DNA of 64,000 nt, taken from Octopus vulgaris (lineage: Eukaryota). The translations under genes and the position numbers were made by a program. Each line of letters begins with the position of its first letter. Position 1 is the stretch's first letter. The DNA is taken from the NCBI GenBank assembly GCA_951406725.2, contig OX597823.1, positions 95,914,001 to 95,978,000 of the forward strand, read 5' to 3'. Of the stretch, positions 12,067-24,809 are shown piece by piece. The notes beneath the pieces are model-generated. The model worked only from the letters and a program-made list of their open reading frames with translations. It did no database searches and had not been told where the DNA came from.

Positions 12067-12787
12067 TGCTCTCTCTTTCATTCACCTAGCAGCTAATAAT
12101 CTCGAGCACAGCTAAGTTTGAATGCTTATATTATTTTATTTTTATTTATTTATTTTCACTTCACTTCTCGACCAATCATACATGTTTTCCTATCTGTTGT
12201 TATTTATCTATCTAACTATTGTATCTAATTTCTCCTCTATTAACTCTGCCAGACCAAGTCTCGCTCTATCATCTTTTTTCAACCTCCGCGTATACGCGGT
12301 GCCCCCACCCTGCCCACCCCCACCACCACCAATACCGGATATCTCTATATTTTTGCTCCATCTATACCGGATGTTGTTTCTCCCACCACCATTATAGGTG
12401 ACTACTCTTCGAACCCCCCTCCTCAATAAGCTATTTCACCATGCATTACCCTCTTGATATCCTACGTTCTACTTGCCTAAGAACCTGTCATCATTCTCTG
12501 AACCACCCCTCCCCACTGGTGCTCCCCTATATTTCTGCCCCCCACATAGAAAAAGCACCATCCGAACGTGACCGATGCCAGACCCCTCTGGCACCTGTGC
12601 AGGTGGCACGTAAAAACACCCACTACACTCGCGGAGTGGTTGGCGTTAGGAAGGGCATCCAGCTGTAGAAACACTGCCAGACTAGACTGGAGCCTGGGGC
12701 AGTCCCTAGCTCCCCAGACCCCGGTCGAAACCGTCCAACCCGTGCTAGCGCGGAAAACGGACGTTAAATGATGATGATGATGATGAC
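12067..12787 (+). mobile_element. Non-autonomous retroposon with RTE-type 3' end and (ATG)n tail, family B
   Basis: Ends ...ggcgttaggaagggcatccagctgtagaaac...ccgtccaacccgtgctagcgcggaaaacggacgttaaa(tga)n. It is CpG-rich, and its body shares blocks with the element at 15091-18974. Confidence 0.8.
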
Positions 12788-12992
12788 GATATGTATGTGT
12801 ATATATATATATATGTATGTATATATACATATGTATGCACATATATATATGCATACACACATACACGCACACTTGTGCACATATATATGCACATATTCTT
12901 ATATCCACATGTATTATAGATCTCCACATGTACTCCTTGGCACAAAGTATTATACACTCTGCCATTTGAGAGAGAAACTCCTATGTTACCAG

Positions 12993-13208
12993 CTGGAGCG
13001 TTTACACTGACCATATGAGGACAAGATATTCTGCCGGGTTTTGAGTTCAGACTGGCCAAATCCTGCCTCACACACCAACCCTATAATGTTATTCTAAAAA
13101 TAACGTTGTCATTGAAATCTCCAAGTTACAAGATAATCCATGATTAAATTCAAAACAGTGTGAATAATCATTATGTTTAACAGAATAATCTGGTTGCTAA
13201 AGGGTTAA
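12993..13208. mobile_element. piggyBac-like MITE, decayed copy of the 19224 family
   Basis: Colinear similarity to 19224-19443; ends gctaaagggTTAA. Confidence 0.6.
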
Positions 13209-14630
13209 TAGGTCCCTGAACTTTTCCCAGTTCGTACTCTTCTAGGTACTATGCTTTCAGAACACTTACACTGTTAATTAGGTCATATTGATAACAAAAT
13301 CTAAATTTAGAATTTAGTGAGCCTCCTGAACATTTCAAGTAATGTTTCCTGTATTCATACTGTTAAATACTCCAGCCTTTCTGCCACCTAAGAAGTATAT
13401 CTTCCCTGACAGCCTACCTGTGGCTTACACTGCTTGTACATATGTAGTTTACACTGGATACACCTTATGAAATTTCTATATTGTCCTTTTTCTCCATATC
13501 AAGCCTGGACATTTCTCTTGAGGTAGCAAAGAATTGTCTTTGTGTATTTGTATTGTTTGACTTTGATTTGTGCTTGTAAAAGTTTTTCAGCACAAAACTA
13601 CACCTGGTTGGTCATTGGTTTTAATAGGAAGTGGTTTATTCATTTTCTAGTTTGTTATCATATGGAGAAAACAATAACATTTAATTGCTAGATATTGTAG
13701 CAGGTAGTGAATGGGTTTTATCCCTGTTACAAAGGATAGGAGTGGCCTTTCAAGCTTTTGTTAACAATTTGGTTAAATATGCAAAATTGTATCTAATTGC
13801 TTAGGTAACTCCATGGTTGAAGCATGATAGTTCAGGTTTTTTTTCTTAAGGTAATATAGTGGTCTGTTGCAATATGTGTAATTTCTTATTGAGACAAAAA
13901 CAACAGTTGTATGTTCTGGGTAATGAGGAACAAAAGGATTTTTATTTCCCTTGTCTTTGAAGGCGTGAACTGAGCAGATGATTAACTGGCAAAGCGATAT
14001 TTGCAATTCATTGCTCATAGCTGCTGTTGTGGAGCATCTATTTAAATATTCGATTTTAACTTTTTTCTTTGTTTTTCATTGTTTTGTCACATAAATTCAG
14101 TTTCTCCTCTCACAATTATAACGGCCCTTGCCCCTCAGTTCTAGCTGTCTACCTATCCTCACTATCCTGCCTGTCTCTTCCTATTTATCTCTTTAATATA
14201 TCTACCTTAATCCTAGAACTGGTGCTAAACACTTTGCCCGATCCATATTCTGTACAACTATGGCCCCTTGGAAATATTGTCCCTACCAATATTGACTTTG
14301 CAATGTCAAAACTTGAACCCCTGCAATCCCATCAAACCAACCAGTCTAGGAGGACTGTGTGTGATGAAACAACTCACTTATTAGTTTCTCTCCTCTTGAC
14401 CTTTTATTTTGTTTTCTGTTTGTGGGGCCGGTCTCATCTCCCTAAACTTGCTGCTTCAGACAGGCTGTGTTGTTTAGAATACTTATAAACATGATCCCTC
14501 TAGAAAACTTCTCTCCTAACATTGGACTTGTTTGTGTCTGTGTCTCTATATGTATTTATATGGGTAGCTGTATGTGTGTGCATGGGACTGTGTATGTCTG
14601 TGCATATAGGTATAGGTGCGTATGTGTGTG

Positions 14631-14668
<38 letters not shown>

Positions 14669-14671
<3 letters not shown>

Positions 14672-14947
14672 CGTGACCAACCAGTCTATCAGATGTTGCT
14701 ACACATCGCTGGTCACAATGCGCTTCGCATTGTTTTAGCCTTCAAATGACGCCACCCTGCTGGCTAAGCAAGCAGGCCAACAGAAGAAAGAGTGAAAGAA
14801 AATTGTGGTACAGCAGGGATTGCCACCTCCCCCTGCTGGAACCTCGTGGAGTTTTAGGTGTTTTCGCTCAATAAACACTCACAACGCCCAGTCTGGGAAT
14901 CGAAACCGCGAGTCCGCTGCCCTAGCTACTGGGCCATTGCGCCTCCA

Positions 14948-14948
<1 letters not shown>
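14669..14948 (-). mobile_element. tRNA-derived SINE family C
   Basis: Minus-strand head TGGAGGCGCAATGGCCCAGTAG (A box)...GGTTTCGATTCCC (B box); flanked by (TA)n on both sides; a related decayed copy lies at ~51065-51355 (+). Confidence 0.75.
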
Positions 14949-15002
<54 letters not shown>

Positions 15003-15090
15003 AAATATAAATTGGACATGATCGATCATTATATTCTTTCTTGTCTTGAGGTTCACAGCCAAACTGCTGGGTGGATTCGCATGATTGATA

Positions 15091-18000
15091 TCATCATCAT
15101 CATCATCATCATCATCATCGTTTAACGTCCGCTTTCCGCGCTAGCACGGGTTGGACGGTTTGACCGGGTCTGGGAAGCCAGGGGCCGCACCAGGCTCCAG
15201 TCTGAATCTGGCAGAGTTTCTACGGCTGGATGCCCTTCCTAACGCCAACCACTCCGTGAGTGGATTGGGTGCTTTTTACGTGCCACCTGCACAGGGGCCG
15301 GAGGGTCCGGCATCGTCACGATCGGTTCGAGCATTTTAACGTGTCAGCGGCACGGGGGCAACGAGGTCCGGGGTACTTTGGGGATCCAGGGTACTTTGGG
15401 GATCCGGGGTACTTAGAATGAGTAGGGGGTATGTGGAATTGCTGCAGAAAGCAGCCCGGGTCTTTGTAGTCACAGCATTTATCGTCACTGAGTAACGTAA
15501 TTAGGTAGAGGAAAGAAATACAGATATTCTAGAGTTGAGTTGGGGAGGGGAGGTCCAGTTGAGGCGGGTAATATAGGAGAGCAACCAGTGGGGAAGGTTG
15601 GGGTAAGGAGGAACGATGGCAGGAAGGGTTGGTGTAGGTTCCTAAGAAATAAAGACATTCGTTATCGTCACTGAGTAACGTTATTAGGTAGAGGAAAGAA
15701 TACAGATATTCTAGAGTTGAGTTGGGGAGGGGGTCCAGTTGAGGTGGGTAATATAGGGGAGCAACCAGTGGGGAAGGTTGGGGTAAGGAGGAACGATGGC
15801 AGGAAGGGTTGGTGTAGGTTCCTAAGAAATAAAAACGTAGGATATTACGAGGCGGGAGGGTGCTAAAGGGGATAGTCGGAATGAGGCAGTGTCAGGAGGA
15901 AGCGTAAGATCGGTGGGCAGTTGATGAGCTATGGCGCTAGCAGCTTGTCTTTTCACAGTGAAAGCATATGAGGAGAAGGGGTAGTGGGGGAGGAGGAGGG
16001 AGTAGGGCGTACCCGGTGTAGATGAGTAAGGCGTATCCGGTGTAGATGGTGAGGACAGGGTATACTGGTATTGGTGGTGGGGGGTGAGGAACAGTGTTCA
16101 CCGGTATTGGTGGTGTTGGCGGTGAGAACAGTGTTCACCGGTATTGGTGGTGGGGGTGAGAACAGTGTTCATCGGTATTGGTGGTGGGGGTGGGGGGGCG
16201 GGCGCACCGCCAATGGCTGAAAGATGGGAAGAGATGGGATTACGGCTTGAGGTAGCCTAGCCTAAGGTTAAATTTTGTAGAGAGAGAGATAGAAAGATAA
16301 ATCAAGTTATGGCGAAGGCTTGAAAGTAGCCTAAAAAGGTTAAATTTTCGTAACAATGTATGAATAAACGTAGTAACAACGAATAAAATAGTAAGATAAA
16401 TTTTTAAGAACTTGCTGCGGACATCGATCGGGAGTTGAAATTGAAGAAGAAAGTAAGTTGAATAGGGAATTTAAATTGTAGAATCGTAATGGTAAGAGGA
16501 GGAAAAAGACCGCCAATGGCTGAAAGATGGGAAGAGATGGGATTACGGCTTGAGGTAGCCTAGCCTAAGGTTAAATTTTGTAGAGAGAGAGATAGAAAGA
16601 TAAATCAAGTTATGGCGAAGGCTTGAAAGTAGCCTAAAAAGGTTAAATTTTCGTAACAATGTATGAATAAACGTAGTAACAACGAATAAAATAGTAAGAT
16701 AAATTTTTAAGAACTTGCTGCGGACATCGATCGGGAGTTGAAATTGAAGAAGAAAGTAAGTTGAATAGGGAATTTAAATTGTAGAATCGTAATGGTAAGA
16801 GGAGGAAAAGACCGCCAATGGCTGAAAGATGGGAAGAGATGGGATTACGGCTTGAGGTAGCCTAGCCTAAGGTTAAATTTTGTAGAGAGAGAGATAGAAA
16901 GATAAATCAAGTTATGGCGAAGGCTTGAAAGTAGCCTAAAAAGGTTAAATTTTCGTAACAATGTATGAATAAACGTAGTAACAACGAATAAAATAGTAAG
17001 ATAAATTTTTAAGAACTTGCTGCGGACATCGATCGGGAGTTGAAATTGAAGAAGAAAGTAAGTTGAATAGGGAATTTAAATTGTAGAATCGTAATGGTAA
17101 GAGGAGGAAAAAGACCGCCAATGGCTGAAAGATGGGAAGAGATGGGATTACGGCTTGAGGTAGCCTAGCCTAAGGTTAAATTTTGTAGAGAGAGAGATAG
17201 AAAGATAAATCAAGTTATGGCGAAGGCTTGAAAGTAGCCTAAAAAGGTTAAATTTTCGTAACAATGTATGAATAAACGTAGTAACAACGAATAAAATAGT
17301 AAGATAAATTTTTAAGAACTTGCTGCGGACATCGATCGGGAGTTGAAATTGAAGAAGAAAGTAAGTTGAATAGGGAATTTAAATTGTAGAATCGTAATGG
17401 TAAGAGGAGGAAAAGACCGCCAATGGCTGAAAGATGGGAAGAGATGGGATTACGGCTTGAGGTAGCCTAGCCTAAGGTTAAATTTTGTAGAGAGAGAGAT
17501 AGAAAGATAAATCAAGTTATGGCGAAGGCTTGAAAGTAGCCTAAAAAGGTTAAATTTTCGTAACAATGTATGAATAAACGTAGTAACAACGAATAAAATA
17601 GTAAGATAAATTTTTAAGAACTTGCTGCGGACATCGATCGGGAGTTGAAATTGAAGAAGAAAGTAAGTTGAATAGGGAATTTAAATTGTAGAATCGTAAT
17701 GGTAAGAGGAGGAAAAGACCGCCAATGGCTGAAAGATGGGAAGAGATGGGATTACGGCTTGAGGTAGCCTAGCCTAAGGTTAAATTTTGTAGAGAGAGAG
17801 ATAGAAAGATAAATCAAGTTATGGCGAAGGCTTGAAAGTAGCCTAAAAAGGTTAAATTTTCGTAACAATGTATGAATAAACGTAGTAACAACGAATAAAA
17901 TAGTAAGATAAATTTTTAAGAACTTGCTGCGGACATCGATCGGGAGTTGAAATTGAAGAAGAAAGTAAGTTGAATAGGGAATTTAAATTGTAGAATCGTA

Positions 18001-18974
18001 ATGGTAAGAGGAGGAAAAAGACCGCCAATGGCTGAAAGATGGGAAGAGATGGGATTACGGCTTGAGGTAGCCTAGCCTAAGGTTAAATTTTGTAGAGAGA
18101 GAGATAGAAAGATAAATCAAGTTATGGCGAAGGCTTGAAAGTAGCCTAAAAAGGTTAAATTTTCGTAACAATGTATGAATAAACGTAGTAACAACGAATA
18201 AAATAGTAAGATAAATTTTTAAGAACTTGCTGCGGACATCGATCGGGAGTTGAAATTGAAGAAGAAAGTAAGTTGAATAGGGAATTTAAATTGTAGAATC
18301 GTAATGGTAAGAGGAGGAAAAAGACCGCCAATGGCTGAAAGATGGGAAGAGATGGGATTACGGCTTGAGGTAGCCTAGCCTAAGGTTAAATTTTGTAGAG
18401 AGAGAGATAGAAAGATAAATCAAGTTATGGCGAAGGCTTGAAAGTAGCCTAAAAAGGTTAAATTTTCGTAACAATGTATGAATAAACGTAGTAACAACGA
18501 ATAAAATAGTAAGATAAATTTTTAAGAACTTGCTGCGGACATCGATCGGGAGTTGAAATTGAAGAAGAAAGTAAGTTGAATAGGGAATTTAAATTGTAGA
18601 ATCGTAATGGTAAGAGGAGGAAAAAGACCGCCAATGGCTGAAAGATGGGAAGAGATGGGATTACGGCTTGAGGTAGCCTAGCCTAAGGTTAAATTTTGTA
18701 GAGAGAGAGATAGAAAGATAAATCAAGTTATGGCGAAGGCTTGAAAGTAGCCTAAAAAGGTTAAATTTTCGTAACAATGTATGAATAAACATAGTAACAA
18801 CGAATAAAATAGTAAGATAAATTTTTAAGAACTTGCTGCGGACATCGATCGGGAGTTGAAATTGAAGAAGAAAGTAAGTTGAATAGGGAATTTAAATTGT
18901 AGAATCGTAATGGTAAGAGGAGGAAAAAGACCGCCAATGGCTGAAAGATGGGAAGAGATGGGATTACGGCTTGA
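15091..18974 (-). mobile_element. 3.9-kb composite non-coding retroposon (family B tail, VNTR body, 5' monomer array)
   Basis: (CAT)n tail at 15091-15119 with family B terminus; 18-bp x2.7 repeat at 15367-15414; 183-bp duplication at 15479-15653/15662-15833; ~34-37-bp x3.5 repeat at 16067-16190; 302/303-bp monomers from 16206. Confidence 0.75.
16206..18974. repeat. Tandem array, 9 full plus 1 partial copies of a 302/303-bp unit
   Basis: accgccaatgg recurs at 16206, 16509, 16811, 17114, 17416, 17718, 18021, 18324, 18627 and 18930. The only differences seen are one A-run length and one G>A change in the last full unit. Confidence 0.97.
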
Positions 18975-19223
18975 TATATATATATATATGCTTGTTGCAA
19001 TTAATACCTGCTTTTCCATTTTAGTATGGTTTAGGTGGGAGGATTTTATGACTGGATGCTCTCTCTGTCACTAACCCTTTCATGTTTATCAAGAAAGTTC
19101 TTTTTAGTCCGGAGGAATTCAAAAGTACAGAGCTAGCGGATGACTTGTTGATAATGAAATGTTAACAAAAGTCACCAGATGCAGCCAAGCCACAAATAAG
19201 GATGTCACTCTTTGTAGCTTTAA

Positions 19224-19443
19224 CCCTTTAGTGTTTAAACCGGCCATATCCGGCCCAAATATTCTATATGTTTTATATTCAAACTGGTGATATCTGGCCA
19301 CTCACACCTAATCTACATTGACATTCTAAAAATAAACAATCACATCACTGAAACCTCAAAGCTATAAGATAATGCAGGATTAATTAAAAACAATTTGAGT
19401 GAAAAAATATTACATTTAACAGAGTAATCTGAACACTAAAGGG
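19224..19443. mobile_element. piggyBac-like MITE
   Basis: TTAA|CCCTTTAGTGTT ... AACACTAAAGGG|TTAA: 12-bp terminal inverted repeats and TTAA target duplication. Confidence 0.85.
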
Positions 19444-19626
19444 TTAAGATAACATTGTTTGAAAATACACACACACATGCATGCATACCATCTTAATCAT
19501 CTACCAAATTCCCTCACTGAAGATGCTGCACAGTGAGCCTTGAACCTGAAGGCATGTGGTTCAGAAGCAAAATTATTAACCATGAAGCTGTGTGTGCGTG
19601 TGCGCGCATATGTGTATGTGTACGTA

Positions 19627-20488
19627 CAGGGAGTGGTGAATAAACTGTTACGCAAAAATGAAAATAACACTGGCATCTCATTTTAACAGATATAATTACC
19701 AAAATTACATAAAAATATCTTGAAATACGGAAGAGTAAATTTATTCAATGAAATCGTCATTGGCTTCAACTATGGCCTCCAGACGACTTTGGAATCTCCT
19801 GCAACTCTTCTGGATGGCCTCCTTGTTAAAGTTGGTGAATGCTGCCATGATCCTTGCCTTCAGTTCATCTTTGGTGTTACAAGGAGTTTTATTGGTCTCT
19901 TGCTCAACTGTGCCCCACACATAATAATCAAGGGGGTTGCAGTCTGGGGAGTTAAGTGGCCAGATGTTAGGGATGATGTGGTCGTAGAAATTGTTTGAGA
20001 GCCATGACTGGGTTCTCCAGTTTGTGTGGCATGGTACAGAGTCCTGTTGCCAGACATAGGGTTTTTTAGCAGCCACCCTCTTAACCCAGAGTAGCACTAC
20101 TTCCTCCAAGCACTTGATGTAAGTCTCTGTGTTGAGTGTGGAGCTGTGTGGGAAGATGGATGGAGGCATAATGTCACCATCACTAGTGATCACTCTAAAC
20201 ACCATGATGTTGACTGGATGTTTGATTTTTATCACTCTCGGTACATGTCCTCAGATTGACATCCAAATGCTCTGAAATGTTTGTTTTGGAGCTTCCAGTG
20301 CAAATGCCAAGCAGTACAGCATGTTTCCAAATTTCTGGCAGAGTAAATTTCATCATGGTGCTGGTTTTTTTCACAGATGGTGCCCAACTGACCCTACTAT
20401 ACTGTGTAATCGACAAAATCAAAAACAAACAATGCACATGCAAGAAATTAAAAATATAAAATGGCAATGATTTACTCATTGCACCCTG
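19627..20488 (-). mobile_element. Internally deleted Tc1/mariner-superfamily transposon, DD37D (maT-like)
   Basis: TA|CAGGG...CCCTG|TA with diverged TIRs. ORF 20235-19741 contains VWQQD-(37 aa)-D with WPLNSPDCNPLDYYVWG. Confidence 0.85.
19741..20356 (-). pseudogene. DD37D transposase remnant (short N-terminal piece joined to C-terminal catalytic half)
   Basis: MMKFTLPEIWKHAVLLG... is followed out of frame by HPVNIMVF...QQDSVPCH...SPDCNPLDYYVW...RLEAIVEANDDFIE; the first catalytic D region is missing. Confidence 0.8.
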
Positions 20489-21875
20489 TATATATGTATA
20501 TAGCTACGCTTATATCTATATAGATATATGTATGTACACTCGCACACATATTTCTTATATACTTATACAAACTGATATAGTGCATTCTGTAAAGTGAATG
20601 GCAGTAGGAAGGGCATCCAGCTGTAGAAACTTTGTCAAAACAAATCATTGGAGCCTGATGTAACTATCCAGCTTACAACTCATGCCACCATGGAAAATGG
20701 ATGTTAAATGATGATAATAGTACACCTATGTGCACAAATATGCACATGTGTGTCTGCTTGCATGTGCACACCCTGCATGTATCAATACATATATGCATAT
20801 ATATATGCACACACACATATGTGTGTGTGTGTGTGTGTGTACATTTACACATGTCTTAGAATGATTCTGAGAAGTTTTAAAATTTGACCTTATTTTTTTC
20901 CTCAAAGACATTTTCATGTGTTGGTGAGATTGGTGGTGGAGGAAAGAGTTTCAAACCAAACAAGATATTTTGATTCTGTTTGAAGAGATTGGGTGACACT
21001 AGTTATTATATCTGTAGCAATGACCTACCGAGGAATGGAATTTTGTTGTTATTCTTACAAAAGATAGGATTGGTCTCTTATGCCATAGTTTGGTGTCATT
21101 TTGAAAACACTGACCTAAGCCATATCTTTTTTCTTATTTTCCATTTTAAATCGTACTCCCCTTAACTTACTACTCACATAACTCTCATCTGTTGTGATTA
21201 CCAAATTTCACACATTGGCTGTGTAGTTAAGAATCTTGCTTCCCAAGCACATGGTCCCAGGATCAGTCCAACCATGTTAAGCTTGCTTCCTAGCTGTAGA
21301 GTTCTGGTTTTAATCCCATTGCACATAACCTTGGGTAAATGTCTTCTACTTCTATAACTTTGAGTTGACCAAATCTTTGAGTGAATTTGCTAGACAGAAA
21401 CTGAAAGAATCCCATCAAGCATGATTTTGTGTTTATATATGTGTGTGTGTGTGTGTGTGTGCAATTGTGCCCATCCTATTGTGATTTCGTATAATGGTTG
21501 TAAGCACCCATCACTGTCATCCAAATGTTGTCATTTGTTTCCAGCCTTCTTTGAAAATCCTGTCTGACCATGGAGAAGCAAGCGAAGCTTGGTGTCGAGA
21601 AGGACATCCAGCTGCAGAAAATATTCCTCTGTGAATTATGTCCGACACAGCCAAGCATGGAAAAGTGGACAATAAAATGATTATGAGCTGGACAGCATTT
21701 ACCAAGAATATTAACACAGTGGATTCTGAATAAATAAATAGATCCACTCACATCCATGGATGTTTAATCTTGTGAGTTTAAATCAATGAGGGCCTTTTCA
21801 GCAGTTCTATAACTATGTACAGTTCTGATTAAAAACCTACAGGTTGTCACCAGTATTTTAATATTCTATCACGTA

Positions 21876-22090
21876 AAGGCAACAGGCTGGCAGAATCGTT
21901 AGCATGCCAGGCAAAATGCTTAGTGGCATTTCGTCCATCCTTACATTCCGACTTCAAATTCTGCTAAGCTGACTTTGCCGTTAATCCTTTCGGGTTTAAT
22001 AAATTAAGTACAGTTGAATGCTGGGGGTCAATGTAATCGACCCCACCTTCCCCTGAACTTCCTGGCCTTGTGATCAGTTTTGGAACAAAT
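21876..22090 (+). mobile_element. Nin-domain tRNA-derived SINE, family N
   Basis: aaggcaacaggctggcagaatcgttagc...gactttgccgttaatcctttcgggtttaataaattaagtac... resembles the Nin domain core (GCCTTTCATCCTT..GGGGTCGATAAA..AGTACC). Confidence 0.7.
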
Positions 22091-22320
22091 ATTTTATCCT
22101 GTATTACAATGCTCAGCTTTAGATTTTGTAGAGGCAGACTAAAGGATGAGTGGAGATGATAGAACTGAGATTACCAGCCTCTCTGATAGGAGTGCCATTA
22201 TACTCATTGCAAGTGTCCATTCTCTCTGCTGCAAATAATGCATCCACTTTTACTTTTGTTTGTTTACACATAAGGAATGGACCTGTTGGTTTTCTGAATA
22301 CATTCCTTCCATGCAATTCC

Positions 22321-22530
22321 TTAAACCTCTAGCATTTAAACCAGTCATATCCAGCTTAGATATTCACAACCTGTTTTATATTCAAACAAGCCAGATCCAG
22401 CCTCTCACACCTACCCTACAATGTCATTCTGAAAATAAACAACCACATCATTGAAGTCTCAAAGCTATGACATAAACGTGAATGAATAAGCATTGCATTT
22501 AACAGAGTAATCGGAACACTGATGGATTAA
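22321..22530. mobile_element. piggyBac-like MITE, copy of the 19224 family
   Basis: TTAA at both ends; colinear with 19224-19443. Confidence 0.7.
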
Positions 22531-24809
22531 TTCTAATTCTGGGAAAGGATTATCTCTTGGCCTCCCTCCACCATTGTAGAAAACAAGAGTTTCTCTCTGA
22601 TGTCAACACTAATTCTTTATTCATCTAACCCCCCCCCCCAATTATTTGCTTACAGGTTTGGTCTCTCTCTCTCTCTGATTTCTGTTGTACTTTGGCTACT
22701 TGAAATCTTCTGTTCACCACTCATGTCTTAACAACCAATAAATATCACATTTCTGATGCCAGTGTCATCATACGACGTTCTACATAGAGAAACAGGACTA
22801 ACTTTGTCACCTACACAGGTGCAGCTTGTCTTATATATTGACATTTGTACATCCAACACCTGCCACACTGAATTTGTTCTTCTGTTGTTGCTGCGGTTCT
22901 TCTTATCACTACTTTGTTGTAACATACTTCTGACATTGTAATACCGTGTCAGCAACACAATCTCAACTTCTTCCAATCACAATCCGTGTGTGTGTGTGTG
23001 TGTGTGTTTAAATGACTTTAAATTCATGGACATCTGTAAAAATAACTTTTGGCCATCTATTTTTATGCTATTAGGTCACAATGTTTCTTTAGAGATTTGC
23101 TTAGGAGAAAGATTTCCTTTTAATCTTTTGCTGTGGATGTGTGCAGAAATTTGTTGGTGTGCACATTTTCAATCTTTCTTTGCAGTGTATGTGCACATGA
23201 GTTTCTTTTCACCATATTCTATTAAAAAAATTGATTTCATCTTGAAAACTCTGTGCAGATATTTTCTTCCTTGGTACATCATCATCATCATTTAACACCT
23301 GTTGTTCATGCCTGGCATGGGTTGGACAGTTTGACAGGATCCAGTGAGCTGTCAGCGTTTGGTGTTTATGGTTGGATACCCTTCATAACATCAACCACAT
23401 TACAGCATGTACAAGTTGTAAAACATGCACATGTGCACAGCTTAATATGGAACAATGCTTAAGAAACCGATTTCCCTGTTGTTTTCATAACCACTGCCGT
23501 TCACAGAATGCTTCTTTTTAATCCACCCTTGCCACCCACCACTCTGTGACTCTACCACTCATTTACTGATGAGTTTCTTTTCCCTTACTGTATCCTTAAT
23601 TTAAAATTAACACCAACTACAAGATTTAAGTCGGAGCCATTCTTTTATTTTGACAGTAATGGTGGCACTTGTATTAATTTGTGGAACAAGAGGTCACTGT
23701 TTTTGTTTGTTTTTCTTTTCTTTAATGACAATCAGTTTCTAAAGACAAAAGATTCATTATGGTTCTATTTTTAAACCTAACATACTGCATTGATCTCTGT
23801 TTTATTATATATGCATGTGTGTGTGTTATGACTTTGCTGGAAGGTCTGCGGGTTGGGTTTGGGATGCTATGAGTAATTTTTCATGAAACTCATTGGTTTG
23901 ATGAGTTGTCGATAACATTATTCTTTTAAGCCAGCTGTGATCTGTTGCAGGTCTTTGTGTGTGTGTGCCTGCCTATTCTATTTTGTCATTGATTTTTTTT
24001 TTCTGTAACCCATTTACTTTATACTACAATTTACACTGTTTTTATAAACCGTGTATATTTGTGTGTGTGTTCTTTATACACACACACACATGCATTCTGA
24101 TATTTCATCATTCCATGTATTGTTCTTGTTTTACCCATGTTGGTGTGAACTGGACATGTCTATCTATTCAACATTTCTCTCTCCACACACATATCGACCT
24201 TACATCAATTTTCATCTATGTGAAGTTGAATGTTTCTTTACCTCTAACTCTTACCACTTCCCATTACTCTTTCACTCTACATAAAACACTTAGGTGTTGT
24301 TAACTGCCACAAACCCCACTACTTTCCATTCAACATGTATCATACATTTTTGATTACTACTCCTTGTTACCTTATTTTTCTCATTGTTTGATCAAAGTTT
24401 TTAATACCCTGGCTTTTTACAGTTTACTTTAATTTTTCTAAATGAAAATTATTACCATACGCATCCCTAATTTAATGTTAAATATTGGTACAGAATCTCT
24501 TTTTTTTTTTTCAGTAGTTTTAAGTTTACCTCACATTTAAGTTACACCTTGCTTTTTCAATTACAATCAACAATAAAATAGTGCAACTTACACACAAGTA
24601 AATATGGTGCATGTGTGTGTGTGTGTGTCTTTTAAATTTAAGTGAACTGTTTTGAATATGCAAATAAAGCTCCCATTCTATTGTGCCGGCCACCGTCTAA
24701 TGATGCTGACTGGTGAACCAGTTTTGCGGGGTTGCATCAAGTTGTACCGATATAATGTGGGATCAATATAATAATAACAACAATAATCCTACAAAGAAAT
24801 TTATCTGCA

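Noticed and set aside
10642-12115. Six ORFs of 433-484 aa in all frames
   Set aside because: Purine/pyrimidine alternation cannot form stop codons; the products are Y/I/C/V/M/H/T repeats with no protein character.
16206-18974. CRISPR-like array, or ribozyme/Pol III gene in the 303-bp monomer
   Set aside because: Units are identical with no unique spacers, and the context is eukaryotic. I found no CTGANGA/GAAA core on either strand and no B box.
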